64,000 nt of DNA from Macrostomum hystrix (Eukaryota; Animalia; Platyhelminthes). Positions 13,001 to 25,600 of this stretch are shown here, piece by piece. A model generated the notes under the pieces. That model saw only the letters and a program-made list of their open reading frames with translations, was not told the origin of the DNA and ran no database searches. The position numbers and the translations under genes were made by a program. The stretch covers positions 10,850,001 to 10,914,000 of the forward strand of contig CATNEN010000039.1 of assembly GCA_950097015.1 (NCBI GenBank), written 5' to 3'. Every line of letters starts with the position of its first letter. The first letter of the stretch is position 1.

Positions 13001-16000
13001 CTACTCAGCCTTGGAGTCCTTGTACACATAGAGTGACTGTTCGGTGAGGCAGGCCAGAAAGCGGCCGGCTCGCACCGGTGCAATGTCCAGCACAGGATGC
13101 GGCAGGCGGGCCAGGCTCTGCAGTTTTTCGCCAGTGGCGGCGTCCCAGAGGTTCAGCCGGCAGGCGGCCTCGTCGCCGGCGGCCACAGTGAGCGCGCCGC
13201 CGGATCGGCTGGCCTGCTGATAGAGCCGCGATCTGGCCAGCAGCTTCATGGACTGGCCGGCGCGGATTCGGCTGAGCGGCCTGAGGGCGGCCTCCGTAGC
13301 AGCTGGCGCAGCAGCAGCCGACGCGGAATCCGCTTCGGCTCGGACAAAGTCCAGACTGCAGACGGAATGCTCGACTCCGCTGCGCTGCTGCTGCTGTTGC
13401 TGATGCTGATGATGGTGATTGACAGTTGGCCGATGACTCAGCAGGACGTGCCGGCTGGCGGGATCAGCGGCCAGCCAGGCGAGTTGCTGTCCAGCGCCTG
13501 GGCCGGGCATCGGCAGTGGTGAAGCCGCAACGGCCTCCGGAGTGGCTGCCGCCGATCGGTAGAGACTCAGCCGGTCGAACTGGCCGGTCAGCAGGCAGGC
13601 TGGAGCGGAGCTGTCGTTCAGGCTGGCCGGCAGCTGGAGGGAGAGTGTGGCAAGATAAGCAATGGAGGGACTAGCTGGTTAACGGTGCGAGGGCAGGGGA
13701 AGAGACGAGGGTAGATAAAGAGGACGAACAAGCGGAGGGAGCGGATTTAAATAAAAAGGAGCGGATTAAAGGGGATCAAGCGGCGGAGAGAGAGGACTAA
13801 AAAGCCGATACAGCGGATAAAAGAGTGTAGAGAGCGTATTAAAGGGCGGAAAGAGCGGATTAAAGGGCGGAGAGATCGGATTAAAGGGCGAAGAGAGCGG
13901 ATTAAGTGTCGGAGAGAGCAGTTCAAGGGGCGGAGAGAGCGGATCGAAAGACGGAGAGAGCGGATCGAAAGACGGAGAGAGCGGATCGAAAGGTGGAGAG
14001 AGCGGATCAAGGGTCGGAGAGAGCGGATCAAGGGTCGGAGAGAGCGGATCAAGGGTCGGAGAAAGCGGATCGAAAGCCGGAAAGAGCGGATCAAGGGTCG
14101 GAGAGAGCTGATCAAGGGTCGGAGAGAGCGGATCAAGGGTCGGAGAGAGCGGATCAAGGGTCGGAGAGAGCGGATCAAGGGTCGGAGAGAGCGGATCAAG
14201 GGTCGGAGAAAGCGGATTGAAAGCCGGAAAGAGCGGATCAAGGGTCGGAGAGAGCGGATCAAGGGTCGGAGAGAGCGGATCAAGGGTCGGAGAGAGCGGA
14301 TCAAGGGTCGGAGAAAGCGGATCAAGGGTCGGAGAGAGCGGATCAAGGGTCGGAGAAAGCGGATCGAAAGCCTGAAAGAGCGGATCAAGGGTCGGAGAGA
14401 GCGGATCAAGGGTCGGAGAGAGCGGATCAAGGGTCGGAGAGAGCGGATCAAGGGTCGGAGAGAGCGGATCAAGGGTCGGAGAGAGCGGATCAAGGGTCGG
14501 AGAGAGCGGATCAAGGGTCGGAGAGAGCGGATCAAGGGTCGGAGAGAGCGGATCAAGGGTCGGAGAGAGCGGATTAAAAGACAGAGGAAGCGAATCAACA
14601 AGCGAAAAGCGACGCGACTAACCGAGGCTAGCGCCACCACGGAGGTGACACTGGGCGAATCCTCGGCGCAGGGCAGGACGCCAAGGTGAGCGCCAGTGTG
14701 ACGCATGTCAAAGCACATCACCCGACCGTTAGCCAGGCCAGCGTAGAACTGATTCGGATCGAACGGGCTCCAGGCGCAGGACCAGACAGCTGTGGGACAG
14801 TCGAAGTAGCAGACAGTCTGCTCGGAGTGGAAGCCGGTCAGCCGGACCTGCTTGTCCATGCCGGCTGACAGCAGCATGGTGCCCTCCGGATTGAAGCAGA
14901 TGTCGCGCAGTTTATTAGTGTGCAAATGTATGTAGCTGGAGTTGCGAAAGTCGACAAGGTCCAATTTGCGCACACCGTAGCCGCGGAATAAAGGATTTCG
15001 GCTGGGCTGGGAGATGCACAACACATTCAGCTGATGGTTCAGGGCCAAGACGCGACACTCGCCAACCTGTGTACCGAGCGGAGGCGGGTAGACAATTAGG
15101 ATGCTTCTGCTAGAACGCATCGAAAAATTCTCCAGAGTAGACTTTTGTGACAAATTGAAGGAATTTCTGGGGGAATTCCGAGGGGAATCCCAGTTGGAAT
15201 TTGAGGGGAATCCCAGTGGGAATTCCTAGGGGAATCCCAGTGTTCACTCCTAGGGGAATCTCAGTGGGAATTCATAGGGGAATCCCAGTTGGAATTCCCA
15301 GGTGAATCCCAGTCGGAATTCCTAGGGGAATCCCAGTGGGAATTCATAGGGGAATCCCAGTGAGAATTCCTAGGAGAGTTCCGGCGGGAAATTTGTGGAA
15401 AACTCTAGTGTTAATTCCGATTGAAAGTTCTCCGAAAAGTATAATTCCAGTTATAAAAAATCGCACGTGAGATATTGCCACATTGTCCTCCAATCGATAG
15501 CAGCAGGTCTCGCCAGTCGACTCTGTCAGATCGATGGTGAGCTTCGACGATTGACTCCGGTAGAATTCCAACTGAGTGGTGAGTCTCCTATTCTCTTCCC
15601 TGAGCATACCCAGCCGCAGGCGCATGTCTCCGGCTTCCTGCTCGGCGGCCAGCTTGGCCCGTCTAATCCGATCCACCTCAGCTTTCAGAGCCTCAGTCTC
15701 GCTGTTGTCTAGGGCGCGCAGATTAGTGACATAGAGTGGGACAACATCCTGCCTGCGACAGTTCCTATTGCACTGGGGACACTGCTGCCGAGTCTCCAGC
15801 CAGCGTTCGACGCAAGATCGGCCAAACAAGTGGCCGCAGCGGAGTGCGCAAACCCGATGCTCGCCAGCCGAAGTCCACGGCTCGAAACAGATTGTGCAGC
15901 CTTCGTCAGCTGGCTGCGAAGGAGCTGCCACGGCGGCTGCGGCTGCGGCAGAGCTAGACGACGATCCGGCTTCTTCGCTTTCGCTAAGGCGACGTTTTTT

Positions 16001-16558
16001 AATTAGGCGGGAAACGGCTGCGGCTTCCGGCTCCGTAGATTCCGTCGAATTGGACGACGCCGCCAGATGATGATGCCGCCTGCGCTGTCCGCCTGTACCA
16101 TTGCGTCGCGCTTGAAGAAGAGCATTGTTCATCGGTTGAAATTCGCCAGCTTCGGCGTCTTCCAGATCCAGATGAATAATTTGCAGCCTATCAACTGCGG
16201 CGGGCTGGCGCTGCTGATCAATAGCAACGGCATCCTCAGCGGTCAGGTCGATGATCACTTCAACATCGTCGTCTAGATCTTGGCCGTCGTTATTATTGTT
16301 ATCGTTGGCGTTATCGATGATTGCGATCACATCCTCCTCCTCTTGCTGCTGCTGCTGCTGAGGCGGCTCCTGGCCCACTGCGACGTCTCCTGCTTCCACT
16401 GCATCATCGGCGTCGTCAGCTGACATGGCCGAGGTGCTGGACTGCGAGCCGAATAGCGAGGCCGAAGAGTCATTGTCGTCGCCGTTTCTATCGTTATTGC
16501 TGCTGGTAGCGCCGCTAGTTTGCGGTGAGAGTGCCGACACAGTGGCACCGTTGGACAT
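13001..16558 (-). CDS. RFWD3: RING finger and WD repeat E3 ligase RFWD3 (FANCW); exons 16558-15467, 15066-14623, 13633-13001 (about 722 aa)
   Basis: RING CTICFEPWTSAGEHRVCALRCGHLFGRSCVERWL..CPQC, then coiled coil, then WD40 (LHTNKLRDICF, AVWSCAWS, YAGLANGRV, PVLDIAP). SIM-like VIIDLT motifs near the N-terminus. All introns phase 0. Confidence 0.92.
13730..14600. repeat. 21-bp minisatellite, RFWD3 intron 2
   Basis: Unit gagagagcggatcaagggtcg. Confidence 0.95.
15165..15400. repeat. about 24-bp minisatellite, RFWD3 intron 1
   Basis: Unit ggggaatcccagtgggaattccta. Confidence 0.9.
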
Positions 16559-17494
16559 TTGCTCTAAATTAGTTGAAGTGTTCTTAAAAACCTAGGCGTA
16601 TTCCTAAAATTGCGGCTGCAGAATAAAAGTGAAGCAACTTTTATTTGTCATTTGTTAAGCAACAGATTTGTATCTGCTTGCTTTTTAAAGTAAAGCATTT
16701 TTTAAGTATTAGTCCAATTTGCTAAGCGAAAAAAACTTATCAACTGTGGGGAATTTTTCTAACTTACGGGGGGATAATTTGCCAACCTGGTGGGATAATT
16801 TCCTAACTTAGTAAGACTTCTCCTACATTAAGATTATTTGTTTTTAAACTATTTATTTACTAAAACTCCTCCCTCAGCTGGCGTTTCTAAGAAAATAATG
16901 CAACACGGCAGGCCTTACTGTAACAACTTGAAGAAAAAGGCTGAAATTTATTTCACTAATATATAGATTGAGATTCGCATGCTAAAAAGGCTAGGAGAAT
17001 TGTTAAATACATCCAACTAAAGCCGGCAAAGACACTAAAATAACTAAAAGATAAGTGTGGACACTGACACGAAGGACAAAAACACATACCGGTAGATTTG
17101 AGTATTAGAGAAACAAATTTTAGTCAGATGACAACTGATTGATAGTGTAAACCAAATAGAAAATCAGCGGGATAGACGGACAGACAGATGGGCGCTGAGA
17201 TTTTCGTGGAATTTCAAAAATTTGGTGAGCACCCAGAGCTAAAGTGTAAAATAATAGGATTCAATTATGCTCAAGAAAAAAGGTCCAGCCTAGAAAAAAC
17301 AAGCTTGGAAACTGGTATTGCAGTGTATGTTTTTATTATTCGCAGTTCTTCAGCTGTAGATCTAGTGTGAATAGAGGGGCTAAAGAATCTCAAAATGATC
17401 GAATTGCTAATTTGGAAATATCAATAAAATACGATGCAAGAATCTGGATGATCTGATCAAGTCTGCAGAGCGGTCTAATGCATTTGCCTTTCGC

Positions 17495-17857
17495 ACCGAA
17501 GTCCCTGAGCTCGATTACACATTTCTTACCAAAGTCCCTGAGCTCGATTACACATTTCTTACCAAAGTCCCTGAGCTCGATTACACATTTCTTACCAAAG
17601 TCCCTGAGCTCGATTACACATTTCTTACCAAAGTCCCTGAGCTCGATTACACATTTCTAACCAAAGTCCCTGAGCTCGATTACACATTTCTTACCAAAGT
17701 CCCCGAGCTCGATTACAAATTTCTAACCAAAGTCCCTGAGCTCGATTACACATTTATTACCAAAGTCCCTGAGCTCGATTACACATTTATTACCAAAGTC
17801 CCTGAGCTCGATTACACATTTCTTACCAAAGTCCCTGAGCTCGATTACACATTTCTT
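17495..17857. repeat. 33-bp minisatellite (about 11 copies) derived from SINE B-box segment
   Basis: Unit accaaagtccctgagctcgattacacatttctt. Confidence 0.95.
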
Positions 17858-17975
17858 TTTCGTGCAATTTACGCCTTTAAGAGCCAGTCTCCAAGGCACA
17901 ATGAGAGTGTTCACTGCATGACAATGAGAAAGTCATGACAGGTGTACACACCTGTGTGTGTGCCTAGGGCAGACT

Positions 17976-18228
17976 GTAGCCTTGTGGTTATACCGCCGGA
18001 CTCACGACCGCCGGACTCACGAATACCGCTGGTCGGGGGTTCGATACCCGTCAATAAACTTTGCATTGATTCAGTTCACCCAGCTGCTAGATGGGTGCCA
18101 GAATCAGCTGGGGTAATTGACGGTGGGTGTGGCGTCCCTCCGGTCCATGAACTGAACTGTCCTACGCAGCCATGGGATCCGCCGCACAATAGCTGCGGCT
18201 GTGCTGTCCACTGCACGACAACTGAAGT
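17976..18228 (+). mobile_element. tRNA-derived SINE family C
   Basis: A-box tagccttgtgg and B-box gttcgataccc. Body cagttcacccagct...cagctgggg...gtgggtgtggcgtcc...gtccatg is shared with 45975-46268 and 41350-41610. Confidence 0.75.
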
Positions 18229-18416
18229 AGACTCGCTTGCTGCGGGTCAGCTGTCACCACGTGTGCGTGTCTGCGCGTATTTATTGTACTTTAATTTCGA
18301 TAAAGTACAGTTTTATGTAAAGTTTTTTTCCTAATTTTTTAAAGCTACGCAACAGGTTTAATTGGGGAAAGACAGAAGCCGAATGAGTGCAGGATCAGTG
18401 TCAGTCATCACACAAG

Positions 18417-21400
18417 CTACCAGTCCAGTTGAACAGGATAACGGCCAGTTAGGCAAGCATCGCAATGTCCAACCGGACTGCTAGTACAGCCAGTCGAGAC
18501 GGCCTTGTGCAAGCCTTCCACGCTCAGATAAGCCAGCGAATCGGCGTTTAAAGCTCGCCGAAGTTGATCCAGCGTCAATTTGTTGGCAATTAGCTCCTCT
18601 TTAGTTGGTATATTTATCCCCATATAGCAGGGATGCCGCAGGGGAGGACTAGCAATGCGAATGTGAACCTCGGAGGCGCCGCGAGAACGAAGCAGGCTAA
18701 TAATTGGTCCCATTGTATTGCCGCGAACAATGGAATCGTCTACTAGAACAATGCGCTTGTTGCGTACATTCTCTTCTATGACTCCGAATTTTTTTGCCAC
18801 GCCAACCTGACGCAGAAGATTGCTGGGCTGGATGAATGTGCGACCGATGTAGCGGTTCTTGCAGAACACCTGCGGCATTTACGAGAGGGTGCCAGTCAGG
18901 CTAGGATTAGTAGACTTATTAGCAGTACAATACAGCGTAAGCATTTCTAAGTTACTTTGCATAGCGATTGGCAAGCTAACAGAACGAGGATTAAGAACGT
19001 TGATTACCTAAAGATCAGGGGGTAGGCTACCTGAGGATCTGGGTCTGGGGGGTAGACTGCCTCAGGATCTTGGAGGTAGACTACCTGATGATCTGGGAGG
19101 AAGACTACCTGATGATCTGGAAGGTAGACTACCTAAAGATCAGGGAGGTAGACTACCTGAGGATCTGGGAGGTCGACTACCTAAAGATCAGGGAGCTAGA
19201 CTACCTGAGGATCTGGGAGGTCGACTACCTAAAGATCAGGGAGGTAGACTACCTGAGGATCTGGGAGGTCGACTACCAGAGGATCTGGGAGGTAGACTAC
19301 CTGAGGATCTGGGAGGAAGACTACCTGATGATCTGGAAGGTAGACTACCTAAAGATCAGAGAGGTAGACTACCTGAGGATCTGGGAGGTCGACTACCGAA
19401 AGATCAGGGAGCTAGACTACCTGAGGATCTGGGAGGTCGACTACCTAAAGATCAGGGAGGTAGACTACCTGAGGATCTGGGAGGTCGACTACCAGAGGAT
19501 CTGGGAGGTAGACTACCTGATGATCTGGAAGGTAGACTACCTGATGATCTGGGAGGAAGACTACCTGATGATCTGGAAGGTAGACTACCTAGAGATCTGA
19601 GGCAGTCTACCTGAGGATCGGAGGCAAAGTAAAAAGTTTATTAGCTACCAATTAGCTTAAGTTAGCAACCACTTTAAGTCAAATCAATCGGCAGAAAAGC
19701 GATCAGCCATGCGCGCAATAGTAATATTCTAGCATCAGGTGTTTTTGCTTTCGTCAAAAAAACGAGTGTCTCTAGAAGAAGAAGAAAAGCCTTGAAAAAT
19801 AACTATTTAATTTAAGAAAATTTCAATTTTAATAACCAGCCTATGTGTCGAAATAATTGAAATCGAGCCGATAGTACAAACCTCAACGTATGGCAGGCCG
19901 CACTCGGCCGCGTAGCCCATGGCAGCCGGGGTGGCGGACTCCGGCACCGTCGACACCAAATCGGCCGGGCAGGGGCTTTCGCTGGCCAATTGAGCGCCGC
20001 ACCGCCTGCGAACCGTATAAACCTGAGGAAGAGAAATCCATGAACATTTGCCTGTTGCTACTCATAGTAGGATAAATGAGAATTCATTTCAGATTTCTAA
20101 ACTTCTACAAAATTATTGTTAAGGGTTTTCGAAAACGCTAAAAACAAAAGCAAAATCTATTACGACAGATTATAGCAAATAGCGAATAGCAAAAATAAAA
20201 CGCGGTTCTAAGAAATGACCGATTCCTTTAGAATTTAGGAATCTGCCAAAAAATGAGCGACATTTCAAATCTGACTTATTTCAGTAATTTTTTTGGAATC
20301 TGCCAAAAACTCCATTTTAAATCCGATTCATATTAATAGTTTGAGGAATCTGCCGAAAAATTCTAAATCTGACCAATATGAGTAGGATTTAGGAAACGGC
20401 CGAAAAAGTCGATTTTTTAACCTATTTCAGACCTATTACAGAGGAATTTTAGGAATCTACCAAAAAATGAGCGATACTTAAATTTTGACCTATTTTAGTG
20501 GAAATTAGGAATCTGCCGAAGAACAAACGCCATCTCGAATCTGACCTATTCCAGTGGAATTTAGGAATCTGCCGAAGAACAAACGCCATCCCGAATCTGA
20601 CCTATTTCAGTGGAATTTAGGAATCTGCCGAAAAACAAACGCCATCTCGAATCTGACCTATTCCAGTGGAATTTAGGAATCTGCCGAAAAATTGACGACT
20701 ATCTAAATTTGACCTATTTCAGTTGAATTTAGGAATCCACAATACTACTATGTAGTAGTGCTTAAAAGTGCAGACACTATCTTACCTGTTGACCTTCAAA
20801 GTGCGAATCTGCTCTAGCAAAGTACACGTACTCAAAGATGCACATGGCAGGCGGAGCGGGGGTAGACTCATCGCCAGCTGCGGCAGGTCTAGGCACAATG
20901 GCGCAAGTCTCAATTAATCCACTAGAGGTTGCAGCAACAGCAGCCGCAGTAGCAGCCGCGGTCGAATTTTCCGTTGCCATGGAAACCGATAGGCGAACAA
21001 TCTCACCAGGCGCTACTTCGCGCAGAAATCTAGTACTGGTGGATTGAAAAGCGCAGCTCTCGGAAGCCACAGCGTAGCCAATTACCTCGCTGCGAATAAT
21101 GCGAATAATTGCTAAGGTTTCAGAAATACAGGCTAGCCGAATTGTTAATGAATTTTATCTATATTTTAAACCAGTATGCATGGGGCAAAATGAGCTTCAT
21201 GAAAGCTGCGCACTCACTCTCCGCTGACAATCTCCCCCAGACACAGCGGCCTATTGCCAAAAGGATCTCGCACAGCGTAGATGGAATCACCGGTGAGGAT
21301 TAGCAGGCTATAGGCTGTGAGGCAGCGGGACATGAAGTAGGTGATGCGCTCCGTCCAGCACTGACTGGGCGATCTAGTGCACAGCATCTGTGTAATGAGC

Positions 21401-22371
21401 TCGCTGTCTGTATCCGTGCTCAAACCGATGCCAGCTTTGAGTATTTCAGTCTTTAGTCGGCCGGCATTAACTAATTCGCCATTGTGAGCTACAGCGAATT
21501 GGCCGCAAGTGGTCTCAACTACAAACGGCTGACAATTGATCGACTCGGAGGCACCCAGGGTTGAATACCTGGCGGTAGGGATTATAATTGTCATTACATG
21601 AAAAATACACAAAATCAAACCTATAAAATCAGGTTTGGCTCTCGCACGAAGGTCCCAGAGCTCGATTCCGCGGCGAGAACACATTAAATTGTCGTGCAAT
21701 TTACGCTACTGAGGGCCAACTTTCAAGGCACAGTGAGAGTCTACAATGTCTGACGATAAGAAAGCAGATGTACACACCTGTGTGAGTGTGTGCTTGGCTA
21801 CAAAGTCTGTGTGCTTAGGAGTCAGCGAAATGGGCAGAACTGCCTACTCGCTGGCTGCTGTAACATGTGTTACCAAATGATTTGCCAGTTCCCAAAGCCA
21901 AATAGCAAATTCAAATCTATACAATCTAATTATTTAATGGTAAGCAGAAAGACAGCGGTTTGGAAGCTATCGCGAAGTAAGCAGCGGTTATTTAAATCCC
22001 CCCGGTGATGCTTCTACTGCTAACAAGCCAAACCTGGTATGACCAAGTCCCAGCCGCCAGACGGGCCGGTCGGCGGCAAGCAGAGATGCCAGTCGCTCGT
22101 CTGTAAACGCCTGCGCCACCAGACCCATGCCGCGTCGGACAGCAATCCTGGGCCCGCCATCAGACACAACCAGGCCAGCGGACTCTTGGCCACGGTGCTG
22201 CAGGGCGGTCATGCCCAGCACCAGTAGATCCAGCAGGCTGCTAGTGCTGCCGCCCCCAGTTGAGCTGCGTTCAACACCGCCTTTGAATAGAATGGCGCCA
22301 TAGACACCGCACGATTCGCGCAGGCTAATCTCTTCTTCTTCTTCGTCCACAATGCAGCTTGATAATTCCAT
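18417..22371 (-). CDS. PPAT: Amidophosphoribosyltransferase; exons 22371-22034, 21568-21218, 21089-20786, 20022-19882, 18869-18417
   Basis: Propeptide then catalytic Cys (RES|CGVYG); [10 protein letters not shown]; GHTRYST; AHNGEL; RDPFGNRPL; [10 protein letters not shown]; PRPP motif [12 protein letters not shown]; Fe-S cysteines PCYMG and CDAC. Phases are consistent. Confidence 0.96.
19000..19620. repeat. 21-bp minisatellite, last PPAT intron
   Basis: Unit gggaggtagactacctgaggatct variants. Confidence 0.95.
20230..20740. repeat. about 56-bp degenerate tandem repeat, PPAT intron 3
   Basis: Unit ggaatctgccgaagaacaaacgccatctcgaatctgacctattccagtggaattta. Confidence 0.85.
21633..21900 (+). mobile_element. 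SINE family A, diverged copy in PPAT intron 1
   Basis: ctcgcac..ggtcccagagctcgattcc; gtcgtgcaatttacgc; ggagtcagcgaaatgggcagaa; ctcgctggctg. Confidence 0.75.
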
Positions 22372-22532
22372 TGCTTATACCACTTAAAATCTTCAATAGT
22401 TCGTTTTTTTATAAATTAGAGTTTGTTCTGGAATATTTAAAAATATTAAATTGGGAGGATTCAGTAAAATAGTGACCCAGCTAGCCTTTATAACTGTTGT
22501 GATAGCTTCTTTTATTATCTAATTATCTAGAA

Positions 22533-22610
22533 CAAGTGCCGGCAAAATACAGCCCGCAGGCCAGATGCGGCCCTCAATGCTCCCAAATCTGGCACATTGC
22601 CCCTTCCAGC
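22533..22610. mobile_element. possible hAT/Charlie-type element end
   Basis: cagcccgcaggccagatgcggccc resembles hAT subterminal motifs. No partner TIR or TSD identified. Confidence 0.3.
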
Positions 22611-25600
22611 ACCCACAGTGTCCTGTTTTATCTCTCCCCTGTCTCCTCTCTTATGTGTCTCATCTCCCCTGTCACCTCTCTCTGTCTCATCTTTTCACTT
22701 ATCTCATATTTCTACAGTAGCTGCCAAAACAATGTAAATTTGTTGGCTGTCTTGCAGTTTTACTTGTTTAATTGTTATTATAACAAACTTTCACAACACT
22801 TAGACACAACACACAACAATGCAGTTAGACAAAGTTTGACCAAGATTTTAACAAGTACCAAAGAACAAGTATTAACAAATTTATAAACAAGTTTTGTCAG
22901 TGAGACATTTACTTATACATGTAGGACCCAGAACAGGAGACTACCAAGGCTTCTGCATGGTAGATAGTATTGGACACCAAAATAATGGTTGTTGGTGCAG
23001 GTCAGCCAGCTATTGAGAAGAATTGAAAAAAATGAAAAATATAATAGTGGTGAACCCAAGTAACTTAAGAAAATAAACTTAAAGAGCAAACAAGACTCAA
23101 GAGTGAAAAAACGGTGACTTTGTCCATAGACATTCATTCAAGCCAAAAGCAACTGCATATATTGTTAGAATCTGACATGACAATCTGACTAGAATATGAC
23201 ATGTTTGCTGAGATTAGTACCAATTAAAAATTATATGATGCCTAATATAATGGGTACATCTATACTTCATTTTCTTCAACATTGTCATCTGGATTGTCGT
23301 CTTATAACTGTCCAGGATTTTAGAAAGTGGAAGAAGGTGGATGACAAAGTGACTTAGATTTATTAACACTCCATTATCTATACAGTTTGTAGCTTTTGTT
23401 TTTTTTCTAGTCTAAGCACTTTTGCATATTCCTTCTGTATTCTTCATATTATTCTTTGGTAGGCAGCATTAGCTTTGCCTTTAAGGGCAAACTGAAAAAA
23501 ATAATAACTTTTTACTTTTTGTTGACTGTAGACTTTGTAATGATGTCACGACTCACTTTCTTTACTTTTTGTCAATTTTTTACTTATAAGACTCAGCTTT
23601 TTGTAGGCCTATTAGACCTTTATTTATTTTTTAACTGATTTCATAGTTTTATTGTATAATTGAGTGGTATTTTATTTTCTTATACTGCAAACTTATGCAG
23701 AAAATGTAGTATTTAAATTATTGATTTTATATATTTCAATCTATGAGGAAGTGACTAATATTTAGGGTAGATGATGAAATGGTAAGATAATGAAATGTCC
23801 AGAAACTATCTAATGTGGCACTTCATTAAACTTAGTAATAATACAATTTATTTTAATTTGAAACTCTAAATTTTAAAGAGAAAAAATAACTAAATGTGTG
23901 AAAACTGGAAAATAGCAGTTGTTTGCTTTGAACCATATTTTCTTTAAAAATAAAACTGAATTCAAGCGCAAAAATTACTCAGCCAACAAGTCTAGACTAG
24001 CAAGTCTACAGATAGGATAGTTCATAGCTGCTAAAGTTTTCAAGTCCTAGGACCTTGGGACCTACTAAATAAAGAATATAGGCCTAGTAGGGCCTAGGAA
24101 GTTCTTTGGCCTAACCTAGCCCAAGTCTCCTGGAGACATTAGAAAAATATCTAGCTAACAATCCTAACATTGCAATTTGAAATTAAGTAGGGGTCTAATA
24201 GGACCTAGGCCCCCAGATACTATTTTTTGTGTTTTGTTGTTGAAACATAAATAAACTTGTCTAATTTTACCAAGGAACCAAGGCATATATAGCGAGTGTT
24301 AAGAATTCTATACTTAATAAGGTAAAAGCAAAGCCTAGCCTATTAATAATCCCTATTTATTGACCTAGAGTCCTAGACGCATAGACGCATAGTTTATTTC
24401 TTAGCTATAACTAGGCTTATTTGTCTTTAGTCTAGTCAATAGACAATACTCCCTATTGACTCTATAGCTAGCTAGCCTAGCCTAGGGTAGGCCTAACAAA
24501 CAGCCGCTTCGAAGAATATGTGAGGCGTGCATTTTGCTTCTTGTTTTAAGTTTATCAGTTAAATAAGTACTAGGGCGTCCACGCAGCTATATCACAATTT
24601 CATGATAAATTCAGATCGGCTAAATGGAAGACACATACTGGCTACTTACTAACTATTAGAAAAGAATTATTAAGTTTTTTCACCGAATGTTTTAAACTAG
24701 AATGCTTGCATACAAAAACAAACTTCTAGTATATACAGTCAAACTTCAGGAGTTTTATATATTGTGGCTTTGGCGTTGTGGGATAATATATGCTATAATT
24801 ACACATAATTATACATTATTCTCATATTATACAGGCCGTTGACCGAAACACGAAGTACTTTCATGCGTTCTGTTTTGCGTTACATGTTATTTATTGTGGC
24901 GGCCGCTCTCTCCAGCGCCCTGCGTGGCGCTAGGGCGGCCACCCCAACCTTAGGTATTGACTAGCACTTGGGCTGGGCCCGGGCAGTGTGCGTAGGGCTT
25001 AAGCTCATGTACTAGCATTCAACAATAGATATTTCATATTTTGTTTTATCCCGGCCGTCCCTTGTGTTTTTACTGCTCTTATTTTTAATACCTTTGCTTT
25101 CCCTTCCCAGCTCGATATTTGATTCCTACTAAACTTCGCTTTTTATGTTGCTTTTCGCTGTTCATTTAAATGTGTTGTTAAAAAAAATATATAAAAAAAA
25201 TCAGCACCCATAGATGGCGTGCGCGTTTTAATAATAATAATAATGTACACGCGCCGGCCTATAAATTACTATCGCTTGGAACGCGCTGCATGTAACAGCT
25301 GTTCTCCGTCAACTAAAAATAATTAAATTACGTGGCTGCGATCGCCACAATATGGTTTAAACTATAGTCATGAAAAAATATGGGATGGCAAAGTTTGCCA
25401 TCTGAAGTTTGCTAGCCCACGTTTACCAGCAAAGCTGTCTGCCTTATACACTAGCTATTTCATTTGTAACTCGTACATTTTTTTGAGGCATTCAGCTTTA
25501 ATTTTTATAAAAATAAACAGGTCCATGTGTGGAGAATTATTTAATAGGCATGTTACTAGTTCTAAATGCATTGATGTCACTCCCAATTAGCAATTGACGG

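Larger units (their letters stand above)
17462..18260 (+). mobile_element. SINE family A copy with amplified head and nested family C SINE
   Basis: Head tgcagagcgg...tttgcctttcgcacc...gtccctgagctcgatt; body tcgtgcaatttacgcc...ccaaggcaca; 3' remnant ctcgcttgctgcgggtc..tgtcacc. All match the full copy at 44586-44950. Confidence 0.75.
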
